DNA of 31,304 bases from Mariniphaga sp. (GTDB lineage Bacteria; Bacteroidota; Bacteroidia; Bacteroidales; Prolixibacteraceae): assembly GCA_025363795.1 (NCBI GenBank), contig JANYLE010000300.1:1-31304 (forward strand). Reading direction: 5' to 3'. The notes under the pieces are model-generated. The model searched no databases, had not been told where the DNA came from, and saw nothing but the letters and a program-made list of their open reading frames with translations. This document shows, piece after piece, positions 1-8,275 of this stretch. A program made the position numbers and the translations under genes. Each line of letters opens with the position of its first letter. The stretch's first letter is position 1.

Positions 1-641
1 TGTTTGGTCATTAAAGGGACGAAAATCCTTTTATTGGTTTCGTTGTAGATACGTTTACGGATTTGAGGAGAGACGGCATCGAGTTTGTCGCCCAGAAAAT
101 AGTCAACCCACGCCAGGAAAGTGGCGGTTTCGGCAGAAAACAATTCTACAAAAGGTTGTGATACATCCATAAGACCTGAAAGTTCTTTTGTCTTTGGAAG
201 ATGAGCCGGAACTCCCCAGAATGATTCCTCGCAAATCGACCATACACCATCAATGATCTGATCGACAAAACGCCCTTTGTTTTCGTAGATCTCAGCCAGC
301 AATAAGGTGCCCAGCACTCCCCGCTTCTCAAAACTAATTTTCTGGTATTCATCGCGGTCACCGGTACGTTCAATGAGCAACGATTTGGTCGCTGGAATGC
401 CTGGCCATGCGTAATTCAGGTAGGTTTCCGCCTTTTTGACGTAGGCTTTCATCATTTCGGGATCGGCTTTTGCCCATCCAGCCCGATCGGTAATCTTTGG
501 GAAAGGGACCCATTTATCCTGGTCAATCAGAATCTTTGCAAGTTCTTCCTTCGAAAATTTTCCGCTAAGAAGATTCTGTGATTTGCCTGTAAAACCACAA
601 ATCAATATTAAACAGGTAATTAATAAAATTGATTTTTTCAT
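1..641 (-). CDS. Heparinase II/III-like polysaccharide lyase, N-terminal 213 aa, truncated by window edge (possibly PL33-like)
   Basis: Absent from the ORF track. Manual translation from ATG at 641 gives MKKSILLITCLILICGFTGKSQ (signal peptide)...RGVLGTLLLAEIYENKGRFVDQIIDGVWSICEESFWGVPAH..., open to base 1. The ICEESxWxxPAH motif is recognised from heparinase II/III-like toroid lyases; the family number is inference. Confidence 0.75.
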   Translation of the reverse strand, partial: MKKSILLITCLILICGFTGKSQNLLSGKFSKEELAKILIDQDKWVPFPKITDRAGWAKADPEMMKAYVKKAETYLNYAWPGIPATKSLLIERTGDRDEYQKISFEKRGVLGTLLLAEIYENKGRFVDQIIDGVWSICEESFWGVPAHLPKTKELSGLMDVSQPFVELFSAETATFLAWVDYFLGDKLDAVSPQIRKRIYNETNKRIFVPLMTK

Positions 642-662
642 TTTAGTTCAAGATTAAGTCTT

Positions 663-3380
663 TTATTTAAAGATCACTTCTCCGTCAACTACTGCAGGCA
701 CCTCAAAAATGAGTTGTTTGCCGGAACGGATGGTTTTTATTTGACTAATTTCATTTCTGATTTTCAAAGAAAGTTTTTTAATCCCAGCTGAAGGAATTCC
801 TACTTCAATGGACTGATTGGATGTAATTTTCAATGATTTAATATTGATCGTCATGCTGGCAGCGCCTTTCGGTGTCTTCGATTTCAGGGAGTACCCGGAA
901 TGAGCGATCTGGTTCCCTTCCCCAAGATACAACGAAAATAGTTGTTGATTTTTAAATCCGGCAACTCCGTAAAAACCACTAAATTCCCACTTTTCACCAT
1001 TATAATTTGAAGCATCATCAACTGACTGAAAAATAAGCTGATGTGATGAGTCCTTATTAAATACAGTCAAAGCTGTAAATTTTGCACCATCATTTCGCTT
1101 CTCAATCGATATACTTTCAACACTGTTCCCTTTTTCTCCCTTATAAGATTCAAGCACAGTGACAAATGGATTGGTCTTTGCTTCAGCTTCCGTTCGAATT
1201 GTAAAAACGGGAAGCGGCTTGCCATTATATACCTTACCGGCAGTTTTTGTTTTAAGCGATTTGGCGCGGTAATAAGTTCGCCCTTCAGCGCCCGGAACCA
1301 AAACCTGCATAAAGAGATCGTTCGATTGTTCATCCTTAATTGAGAACAGGGCAATCAGGTTGCCGTTATAGCCTCCCAGTTTCTCAACATCAGTGAAAAA
1401 ACGGAATCCGGGATAGTCCTTTCCGGTAACAGGATATTCGGTTGGTGTAGTTTTTAATTCTATTCTTTTGCTGTTCATAAATGTTACCTGATCGCCGATA
1501 TTGTGATAGACGTAATCATTGCTAATTGGATTATCTGATCTGTAGATATCAACATAGTAACCGGTTGTATCAGAGGTTCTGACAATCGCCAGCGTACGCG
1601 ACTGGTTCGTATTGGTCGATTTATCGAGGTAATGTGTATCGGTAAATGAATAGTCGGGAGATGCCGCTTTCTGATCAGGCATAGGCTCCATCGCAGCCAA
1701 TTCAATCTGTCCGATATTTTTAGCCCCTGCCGATCCGCTGAAAGGGACAGAACTTGATGATCCGGCTGCAACCACAGTGTTATGGGCAGCCCACTGACTA
1801 TAATAATTGCGGTGCAGCGGATGTTCGTAGTTGGGGCCCGTTCCTGCATCAATTCCCATCACCTCGCCCAATCCGTAAAGTTCCATGGCCATTCCATTGC
1901 AATGGTTGTGATTATAGGTCGCACCTTGTACTCCGACCATTAAGCCGGTTTGCAGGTCTGTCCCATTGCGTTGTAAAAAATAGCGGGCAAACTCAAGTGT
2001 GCCGGTTCGTGGCCACTGATATGTCATTTTCGCCTCAGGTATGTCGGGCAGAAAACACAGTAAACCCAGAAAGCCAGATTTATCACGCTGATAGATACCT
2101 CCGTCAATCAATTTTTTCATCGATGCAAGCATCTCAGGCAATTCCGGCTGATTGTATTTTACTGCTCCAACCAAGCCGATTTCGAGCGATTCGGCACTTT
2201 GTGAGGCCCGGCCAGTGTCACCAAAACCACCAACTGTAAGATTGGGAAACGAATACTTAATCATGGCATACGATGCATTGAATAAAGCTGGAAACTGCCT
2301 GAATACATCATGTCCGTTTTTTTCAAGTGCCAGCGATGATAACAATAGATTGCCTACCGGATAGTTATGATATCCTCCTGGTTCTTTCCAGTGACCATCC
2401 GGCGTCAGCCATTTTTCGACAGTCGAAGGCAAAGCAAGCTGTCCACAGCCGCCGTTTATTGTATCTTTTTTAAGAATAAACTGAAGGTAATAATCCTGTT
2501 TCTGCTGATTTTCGAGGCTCAGTGCCGCAAAAACCATTGTCGAGCTTTCGGCTGCATACCAGTTGTTGTTCCAGAAACCGCGGAAAGCAAGCGTTGATGC
2601 AAATTTTTCGAATACAGTTTCGTACCAGTGAAGGTCATACCCCTTTTGTTTCATAAAAGGTTTTACAAAATCGTAGGCAAGTATGATGGGACGGTGACTT
2701 TGATCTCCAAGCGTCTGCATATCAAGCAATCCTGTTCGGCATGGGCCTACGATGGGTTCCTGATAATAAACCCCTTTGGCCCACTGATCCAGCAGATCGG
2801 CGGCAAATTTTGCATACTTTTCATCACCGTTCAGCCAGTATAAAATGGCGGCATCGAGCGCCAGATTATTGATTTCACCATTGATAATTGTAATATATTC
2901 CGAAGGATTAATCCATTCTTTTTGTCCCGTATCCGGATTTAATAACTGCATGACACGCGAAGTGTCGTTTGGAACCAGCTCTTCGATGGTCGGTTTGCGG
3001 TATGAAGTTCCCTTGTCGGTGATCGGAGTCCTTAGATAAGTAGATACCCGCACCGTCGGAACAGGTGCATCACCTGCCCATTTGATCAGTTTCGAACCCG
3101 ATTCGTCGGAATAAACTGTGGTATACCTTTTACCCGGAACACGGTTCATCAAATAACGGCTGAGTATCCAGTCGGGATTGGTCGTATGACGTTCCACGTA
3201 AGGATTGACCTCATTTTGGATTTCCTCAAAAATAGATTTTGCCCAAACCTGTTGTTTGACTTTTTCGAGAACCGATTGTTTATCGCCGGCATTTACCAGA
3301 ATATGCGGATTTTGTGCAGTTGCCGTCCTGACGGTAACCCCCAGTGAAATAACAACAAGAGTGATTAGTAGTTTGCTCAT
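663..3380 (-). CDS. Secreted heparinase II/III-domain polysaccharide lyase, distantly PL17-like (905 aa)
   Basis: Signal peptide; toroid/beta-sandwich lyase motifs GLLDMQTLGD, NNNW, WKEPGGYHNY, GFGDT, HNHCNG, WAAHNTVV. Confidence 0.7.
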   Translation of the reverse strand: MSKLLITLVVISLGVTVRTATAQNPHILVNAGDKQSVLEKVKQQVWAKSIFEEIQNEVNPYVERHTTNPDWILSRYLMNRVPGKRYTTVYSDESGSKLIKWAGDAPVPTVRVSTYLRTPITDKGTSYRKPTIEELVPNDTSRVMQLLNPDTGQKEWINPSEYITIINGEINNLALDAAILYWLNGDEKYAKFAADLLDQWAKGVYYQEPIVGPCRTGLLDMQTLGDQSHRPIILAYDFVKPFMKQKGYDLHWYETVFEKFASTLAFRGFWNNNWYAAESSTMVFAALSLENQQKQDYYLQFILKKDTINGGCGQLALPSTVEKWLTPDGHWKEPGGYHNYPVGNLLLSSLALEKNGHDVFRQFPALFNASYAMIKYSFPNLTVGGFGDTGRASQSAESLEIGLVGAVKYNQPELPEMLASMKKLIDGGIYQRDKSGFLGLLCFLPDIPEAKMTYQWPRTGTLEFARYFLQRNGTDLQTGLMVGVQGATYNHNHCNGMAMELYGLGEVMGIDAGTGPNYEHPLHRNYYSQWAAHNTVVAAGSSSSVPFSGSAGAKNIGQIELAAMEPMPDQKAASPDYSFTDTHYLDKSTNTNQSRTLAIVRTSDTTGYYVDIYRSDNPISNDYVYHNIGDQVTFMNSKRIELKTTPTEYPVTGKDYPGFRFFTDVEKLGGYNGNLIALFSIKDEQSNDLFMQVLVPGAEGRTYYRAKSLKTKTAGKVYNGKPLPVFTIRTEAEAKTNPFVTVLESYKGEKGNSVESISIEKRNDGAKFTALTVFNKDSSHQLIFQSVDDASNYNGEKWEFSGFYGVAGFKNQQLFSLYLGEGNQIAHSGYSLKSKTPKGAASMTINIKSLKITSNQSIEVGIPSAGIKKLSLKIRNEISQIKTIRSGKQLIFEVPAVVDGEVIFK

Positions 3381-3384
3381 TTAT

Positions 3385-4365
3385 TTAGTTTTCAGTTTTT
3401 ATCGATTGCTTTAATTTGACAGGTTGACACCAGGAATTCCTGCCATCATAGACACCATTCATAAGGCAGGTTATCTCGCCATTCTCAATTAATAATTGCG
3501 GCCTTTCTCTTCTTATACATTTTAAAACGGAATTGTCCGTTAACAGAATATCATGGTCATAGACGACCACCGGATTATATTTCTTCCAGCCTTTTACACC
3601 GTCTTCAGAATACCGGTGAATTCCCCATCTTTCATGACCACATACTCCCCCAACATTATCTTCGCAAATAATGTGAAACTGATGATTTGCTTTAAAAGCA
3701 TAGAAATCTTCCAGCTTACAATCTGGCCATATGTCATCATTTTTTATTTCATAGGGTCCTTTGTAAAAATCAGCTTCAGCAAGGTGGACTCTTAAATTCG
3801 CATCACGATAGAATAGCTTTACTTTCGATCCATCCAAAAGTATGGCCGGATTATTTGATTCTGAATTGATCAGTGGTTTATCAGAACGATGCCAGGGTCC
3901 GGAAATTGATTTTGATGAGGCATACCCAATTCGCCGCAGCAAAGCTTTTGATTTATCAGATGATGTAGTGAAATCACTTCCAATATAAAACAACACGAAC
4001 TCATTATCAATTTTGTGAATAGTAGGGTTATGAGCCATATTTGAATCCCAGAAGGAACTATCTCTTTCTCCGATTACAACCTCCTTAAATAAAAAGGGAC
4101 CTAAAGGTGATTTTGATGTTGCCCTCACGATTTCTGAATTTTGACGATAACCTTCAGGAAACGGGCCAGTCTTTTTCCAACGTGAAGCAAACAAATGGTA
4201 GGTCGAATCAACTTTTATCATTGACCCTCCCCAAATCCAATAGCCCTCCATTTTGAATCCACTATTTTTGGGCACCTTATCAAAGCCAAAAGCAATACTC
4301 TGACCCATTCCCGTCCTGGAAATGATTAATACTAAAAATACAGCAAGCAACTTCACTCGTATCAT
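3385..4365 (-). CDS. Secreted five-bladed beta-propeller glycoside hydrolase-like protein (GH43/32/68/117/130 superfamily)
   Basis: Signal peptide; YWIWGGSMI, YHLFASRW, SKSPLGPF, WDSNMAHNPTI, LEDFY and RRERPQLL match propeller GH-like proteins of Bacteroidota PULs. Confidence 0.6.
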   Translation of the reverse strand: MIRVKLLAVFLVLIISRTGMGQSIAFGFDKVPKNSGFKMEGYWIWGGSMIKVDSTYHLFASRWKKTGPFPEGYRQNSEIVRATSKSPLGPFLFKEVVIGERDSSFWDSNMAHNPTIHKIDNEFVLFYIGSDFTTSSDKSKALLRRIGYASSKSISGPWHRSDKPLINSESNNPAILLDGSKVKLFYRDANLRVHLAEADFYKGPYEIKNDDIWPDCKLEDFYAFKANHQFHIICEDNVGGVCGHERWGIHRYSEDGVKGWKKYNPVVVYDHDILLTDNSVLKCIRRERPQLLIENGEITCLMNGVYDGRNSWCQPVKLKQSIKTEN

Positions 4366-4401
4366 TTGTCGATGATTTGTTTTCTGTACTCAACTAATTA
4401 T

Positions 4402-6276
4402 TCACCATTGCGACAGAGGTTTGACTACCGGAACGAAATTATTATCAACATCCGGCCATTGCGGGATAAGCAATATTGAAATCGTCACATTTCCGATCGG
4501 TTCAGTAGTTCTGGCCATCAAACGGCTGACGCCGATATTTTCGCTTTGTGGTTTTGCCTGTTGTGCTGATTCGGATGTAAAAACGGCATTTGCGGGAGAC
4601 AAGATTCTGGCAATCAGCTTTTGTCCTCCAATAATCAGTTGAGCCTGTTTAGGATTAATCAGCTGAATGGTGGCGTCGGTGGTCATCCCCCAGGCAATTT
4701 CGCCGGGTTTGGTTAAGACAAATTCGTCCTGAATAAGGATTGACTTACGTCCGCCAACCACTTTTAATCCGCGGAGGGCAGAACTTGCATAATCTTTATA
4801 AGCTTCGGTAAAATCGATCACGGAACAGGGCTCAGAAACACCTTCTTTATGATTAATAAATTTCGATGTTGCATCTTCACGCTGACTTTTGCCACTTAGC
4901 ATGGGTACATTATGACTTAATGAGTTGAGCCGGTAGTAAGTATAGCGCAGGCTCCCGAAATAATCGGGCAGGTTATAGTCATCTGACCCAAGATCGCGTG
5001 CCCAACGGACACCTAAGGCATCTATTTCAAAATTCCCCAGATCAAGATGGGCATGGTTTACCTTGTTATAGCCGGCCTTGATGCCAACCCACAAACCAAT
5101 TGGATCACTCCATGAACTTCGTGAGAAATAAAGCGCCACTTCTCCGTCGAAAAACTTGTCCAGATCTCTGACTGCTGCAGAATTCGCGTAAGGCCGGAAC
5201 CAGATTACATCATAAACATTAGCCGTCCTTGTTGCAAGTTGTTCATTCACAAAATCGGAAAAGTGATTGTTATTATAGACATTCGCCAGCCACATAGCAG
5301 GATGAGGAGCACCCAATTTTGATTTTTCGCCCGCATCTGCATAGTTTAGCATGTAACCGGTTGGTCCTGCTGAATAGATTGGAAAATAACCGGTAAGGCT
5401 CATTCCCGGAGTTTGGGTTAACCCGAAATCCTTGCCAAGTGCACTTTGCAGGGCAGCAATACCATAGGCAGTATAATCAGTTGCATAACCCCAATATCCC
5501 GGACCTTCACCCCAGACCCCGTCGGGGCCATAACTTTTTAAGGCATAAGGTAAATATTCAATCGCCTTTGGAATGATGGTCAGTCCAATTTCGGGATCGG
5601 TTTCAGCAACAGCCAACGCTCCGATTACCAGTCCGGAATTGCATACCTGGTTCCAATTGTGGTCGACTTTTATCCACCAGGCATTTGCAGCATATGCCTT
5701 TTTACCTTCATTCAAACCCAGTTTGATGAGTCCTGTCCTGATCTGGTTCCGGGTTAGCTGATCCATTTTGTTGTAAAGCCAGTCGTAACCGATTGCAACG
5801 GCGTGTGTCATTTCTGCCACATCCAGGAAATGGGAAGGATTCCAGTCATCAAATGCACAAACAATGCGCAAATTTGAAATTGCTGAACTCAGGTATTTTT
5901 CATTGCCTGTCCAACGGTATGCAAATGCCAGGTTGTAGACGCGTGATAAACATTCACGGCTTTTATCCAACAACCGTGGCCCTATCAATACATGCTGGAT
6001 CGGAGATTTGAAAATATCTTTATCCGCCTGACTCACTACATCGGACACATATTTCTGAAGTCTGGAATCCGAAATACTCAAAGTTTTTAACTCCTGAAGC
6101 CGGGAATCGGTAAGGAGTAATCGCGGATGCTCCAATTTCAAAGTACTAAGTATCCCTGTCAGTGTGGGCGGTTCCACAGGTGTAACATCTTCAGTCGGAT
6201 TTTTTTTGCAGCCTGAAAGTGTAACCCCGTTAAACAGGAAAAAAGTCAGGAAACAACAGGTTAAAAATTTCTTCAT
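4402..6276 (-). CDS. Lipoprotein heparinase II/III-like lyase (PL35-like candidate), 624 aa
   Basis: Start moved from GTG 6306 to ATG 6276 (MKKFLTCC...LSG-C23 lipobox, then KKNPTED). Motifs HPRLLL, DWNPSHFLDVAEM, HNWNQVCNSG, EGPGYWGY, HAHLDLG, SHNV. Confidence 0.75.
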   Translation of the reverse strand: MKKFLTCCFLTFFLFNGVTLSGCKKNPTEDVTPVEPPTLTGILSTLKLEHPRLLLTDSRLQELKTLSISDSRLQKYVSDVVSQADKDIFKSPIQHVLIGPRLLDKSRECLSRVYNLAFAYRWTGNEKYLSSAISNLRIVCAFDDWNPSHFLDVAEMTHAVAIGYDWLYNKMDQLTRNQIRTGLIKLGLNEGKKAYAANAWWIKVDHNWNQVCNSGLVIGALAVAETDPEIGLTIIPKAIEYLPYALKSYGPDGVWGEGPGYWGYATDYTAYGIAALQSALGKDFGLTQTPGMSLTGYFPIYSAGPTGYMLNYADAGEKSKLGAPHPAMWLANVYNNNHFSDFVNEQLATRTANVYDVIWFRPYANSAAVRDLDKFFDGEVALYFSRSSWSDPIGLWVGIKAGYNKVNHAHLDLGNFEIDALGVRWARDLGSDDYNLPDYFGSLRYTYYRLNSLSHNVPMLSGKSQREDATSKFINHKEGVSEPCSVIDFTEAYKDYASSALRGLKVVGGRKSILIQDEFVLTKPGEIAWGMTTDATIQLINPKQAQLIIGGQKLIARILSPANAVFTSESAQQAKPQSENIGVSRLMARTTEPIGNVTISILLIPQWPDVDNNFVPVVKPLSQW

Positions 6277-6318
6277 TTCGTTTAAATTTTGATTTGCAAT
6301 TTTCACTCAGAAGATTGC

Positions 6319-8193
6319 TTACCATTTTGCCAGTGACTTCTCAAATTGAATTTTTTGATTACCTGCCGAGCCTGGAATGAGCAAAACCTGAATGGCTTGC
6401 TTCTGGTTTGGTTTCAATTGTATCTCAAAACCTACGAGCGTTTTTCCCGGATTTGGAGCATCGTAACTGGTAGTCGGTTCTGTAGACCAGGTTTCCATTT
6501 TAATTTCAGAAGGGGAATTGACCATTAAAACCAAAGTATGACCTTCTTTACTTAGGGTAATTTTATTTCTGCCCAGTACCGGGGTTGCCGAAGTCATCAT
6601 TGTCCAGCGGATTGTTGTTGGTTTGTTCGTGGCCATCAATTCATCCCTGATCACAACGTATTTCTGGTCCACGATGGCTACGCCGCGTTTCACTTCAGAA
6701 AGCTGATTTTCGTAAACAGTTGACAAATCAGAAATAGCATACATAAAATCGGGTTTGTCTGAAAACTGATCAATTTTTGCATAGCCTTTAACCTGCTGAA
6801 GCTGATCATTTACAGTAAGCGTATTGTGCGACTTATTGATTAACCTGAAAATACTCCATCGCTGTGCATCCTGCGTACGTCCAAAAACCTCGATACCTTT
6901 CGACTCCAATGATTCATAATCCTGCATTCCAAAATCGGAAGCCCACCTCGAACCGTCCGCTTCCATCACAAAGGATCCAATATCCATGTGACCATGATTG
7001 ACAGATGCTGAACCAGCTTTGAAACCAAGATAAATTGCATTCCGATCGGCCCATGAGGTACGCATCAGGCAAACAGGATTGGCCCCCTCACCTTTCCATG
7101 CTTTTATTTTAGGTTCTGTCACTTTATCGAGCGGAAGATCTTTTCCCCAGATCATCACCGCAGGAAGGAGTCTGTCACCCGTAAATTTGGTGAAGTCGTC
7201 TTTCTGTAAATATGATTTCTCAACCCATAACTGAGAGGGATCGTTATTGCGTTGCGCGAGCCAAAACATAGCCGGACTAAGATTGCCTCCTGTCCCACTG
7301 TCACCCCAGTTGTAACATAAGCCAGTAACCCCAGTCATATTCTGAAGGAATTCTGCGGTTTGCAAAAACCCGGGCGTTTTGTTTAATCCAAAATCGGATG
7401 AGAAAACTTTTTCGATGGCACTCAAAAACATCACATTGAATGAAGTTCCATATCCCCAGTAACCATAACCCTCGGGATAAGCTCCGTCAGGTTTGTATTC
7501 ACCCATGGGCAGCGTGATAGATTCAATTGCCCGGTCGATTATGTTTTTAGAAAGTTCAGGAAAATCCTCCGCCACAGCCAATGCACCATAAGTCATCCCT
7601 GCGTTGCAAACCTGGTTCCAGTTAGTAACCGCTTTTAACCAACTGTTGTATTTTGCATCGAGTGAAGGATTTAAACCTTTGCTGACAATTGCTTCGCGGA
7701 TGATTTTTTTTGATTCATCTGAAAGTTTAGGGTAGAGCCAGTCATAACCAATTGAAACAGCCATCGTCATTTCGGCTACGTCCAGAAAATGGGTGGGATT
7801 CCAGTCGCTGAACCCCGATATTGCAAGTAATTCCTTTTCACATCGTCCGAAATATTTCTCCTGACCCGTTAATCGCCATGCATAAGAAAGATAAAATACT
7901 CTTCGTAACCCTTCGCGCGATTTATCAAGCAACCGTCGACCAATCTGAATTCGTTCAATTGGCGGTAATAAGAGGATACTGTCACATTCTTTTAAAATGG
8001 TTTCATGCATTTTTTCCCAGATCGGATTACCAGCAATCGATTGCGCAATCAGACCCTCTTCTCCTTTCAACAGCAGGATACGCGGATGCTCCTTGCCGGT
8101 AATGGTTTGCAACGAAACGGATTGCTGTGCAAAGCTGATTCCTGTAATGCATGTCAGCAATACAAATACGGTTAAACTTTTCAGGTAGTTCAT
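6319..8193 (-). CDS. Periplasmic heparinase II/III-like lyase (PL35-like candidate), 624 aa, paralog of 4402..6276
   Basis: Cleavable signal peptide ending ISFA-QQ; motifs HPRILL, DWNPTHFLDVAEM, TNWNQVCNAG, EGYGYWGY, HGHMDIG, SHNT. Confidence 0.78.
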   Translation of the reverse strand: MNYLKSLTVFVLLTCITGISFAQQSVSLQTITGKEHPRILLLKGEEGLIAQSIAGNPIWEKMHETILKECDSILLLPPIERIQIGRRLLDKSREGLRRVFYLSYAWRLTGQEKYFGRCEKELLAISGFSDWNPTHFLDVAEMTMAVSIGYDWLYPKLSDESKKIIREAIVSKGLNPSLDAKYNSWLKAVTNWNQVCNAGMTYGALAVAEDFPELSKNIIDRAIESITLPMGEYKPDGAYPEGYGYWGYGTSFNVMFLSAIEKVFSSDFGLNKTPGFLQTAEFLQNMTGVTGLCYNWGDSGTGGNLSPAMFWLAQRNNDPSQLWVEKSYLQKDDFTKFTGDRLLPAVMIWGKDLPLDKVTEPKIKAWKGEGANPVCLMRTSWADRNAIYLGFKAGSASVNHGHMDIGSFVMEADGSRWASDFGMQDYESLESKGIEVFGRTQDAQRWSIFRLINKSHNTLTVNDQLQQVKGYAKIDQFSDKPDFMYAISDLSTVYENQLSEVKRGVAIVDQKYVVIRDELMATNKPTTIRWTMMTSATPVLGRNKITLSKEGHTLVLMVNSPSEIKMETWSTEPTTSYDAPNPGKTLVGFEIQLKPNQKQAIQVLLIPGSAGNQKIQFEKSLAKW

Positions 8194-8219
8194 GAATTAT
8201 TAGTTTAAATACATTTTCT

Positions 8220-8227
8220 CAAAGTTA
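8220..8227 (-). promoter_or_regulatory. Candidate internal Bacteroidota housekeeping-sigma -7 element (TAACTTTG)
   Basis: Perfect TAnnTTTG match 26 nt upstream of ATG 8193; no clear -33 TTG. Confidence 0.4.
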
Positions 8228-8275
8228 AATAAAAAATGGTTGTGATCCCTTTTGCAGGTCCTGCACCCATCTGTT

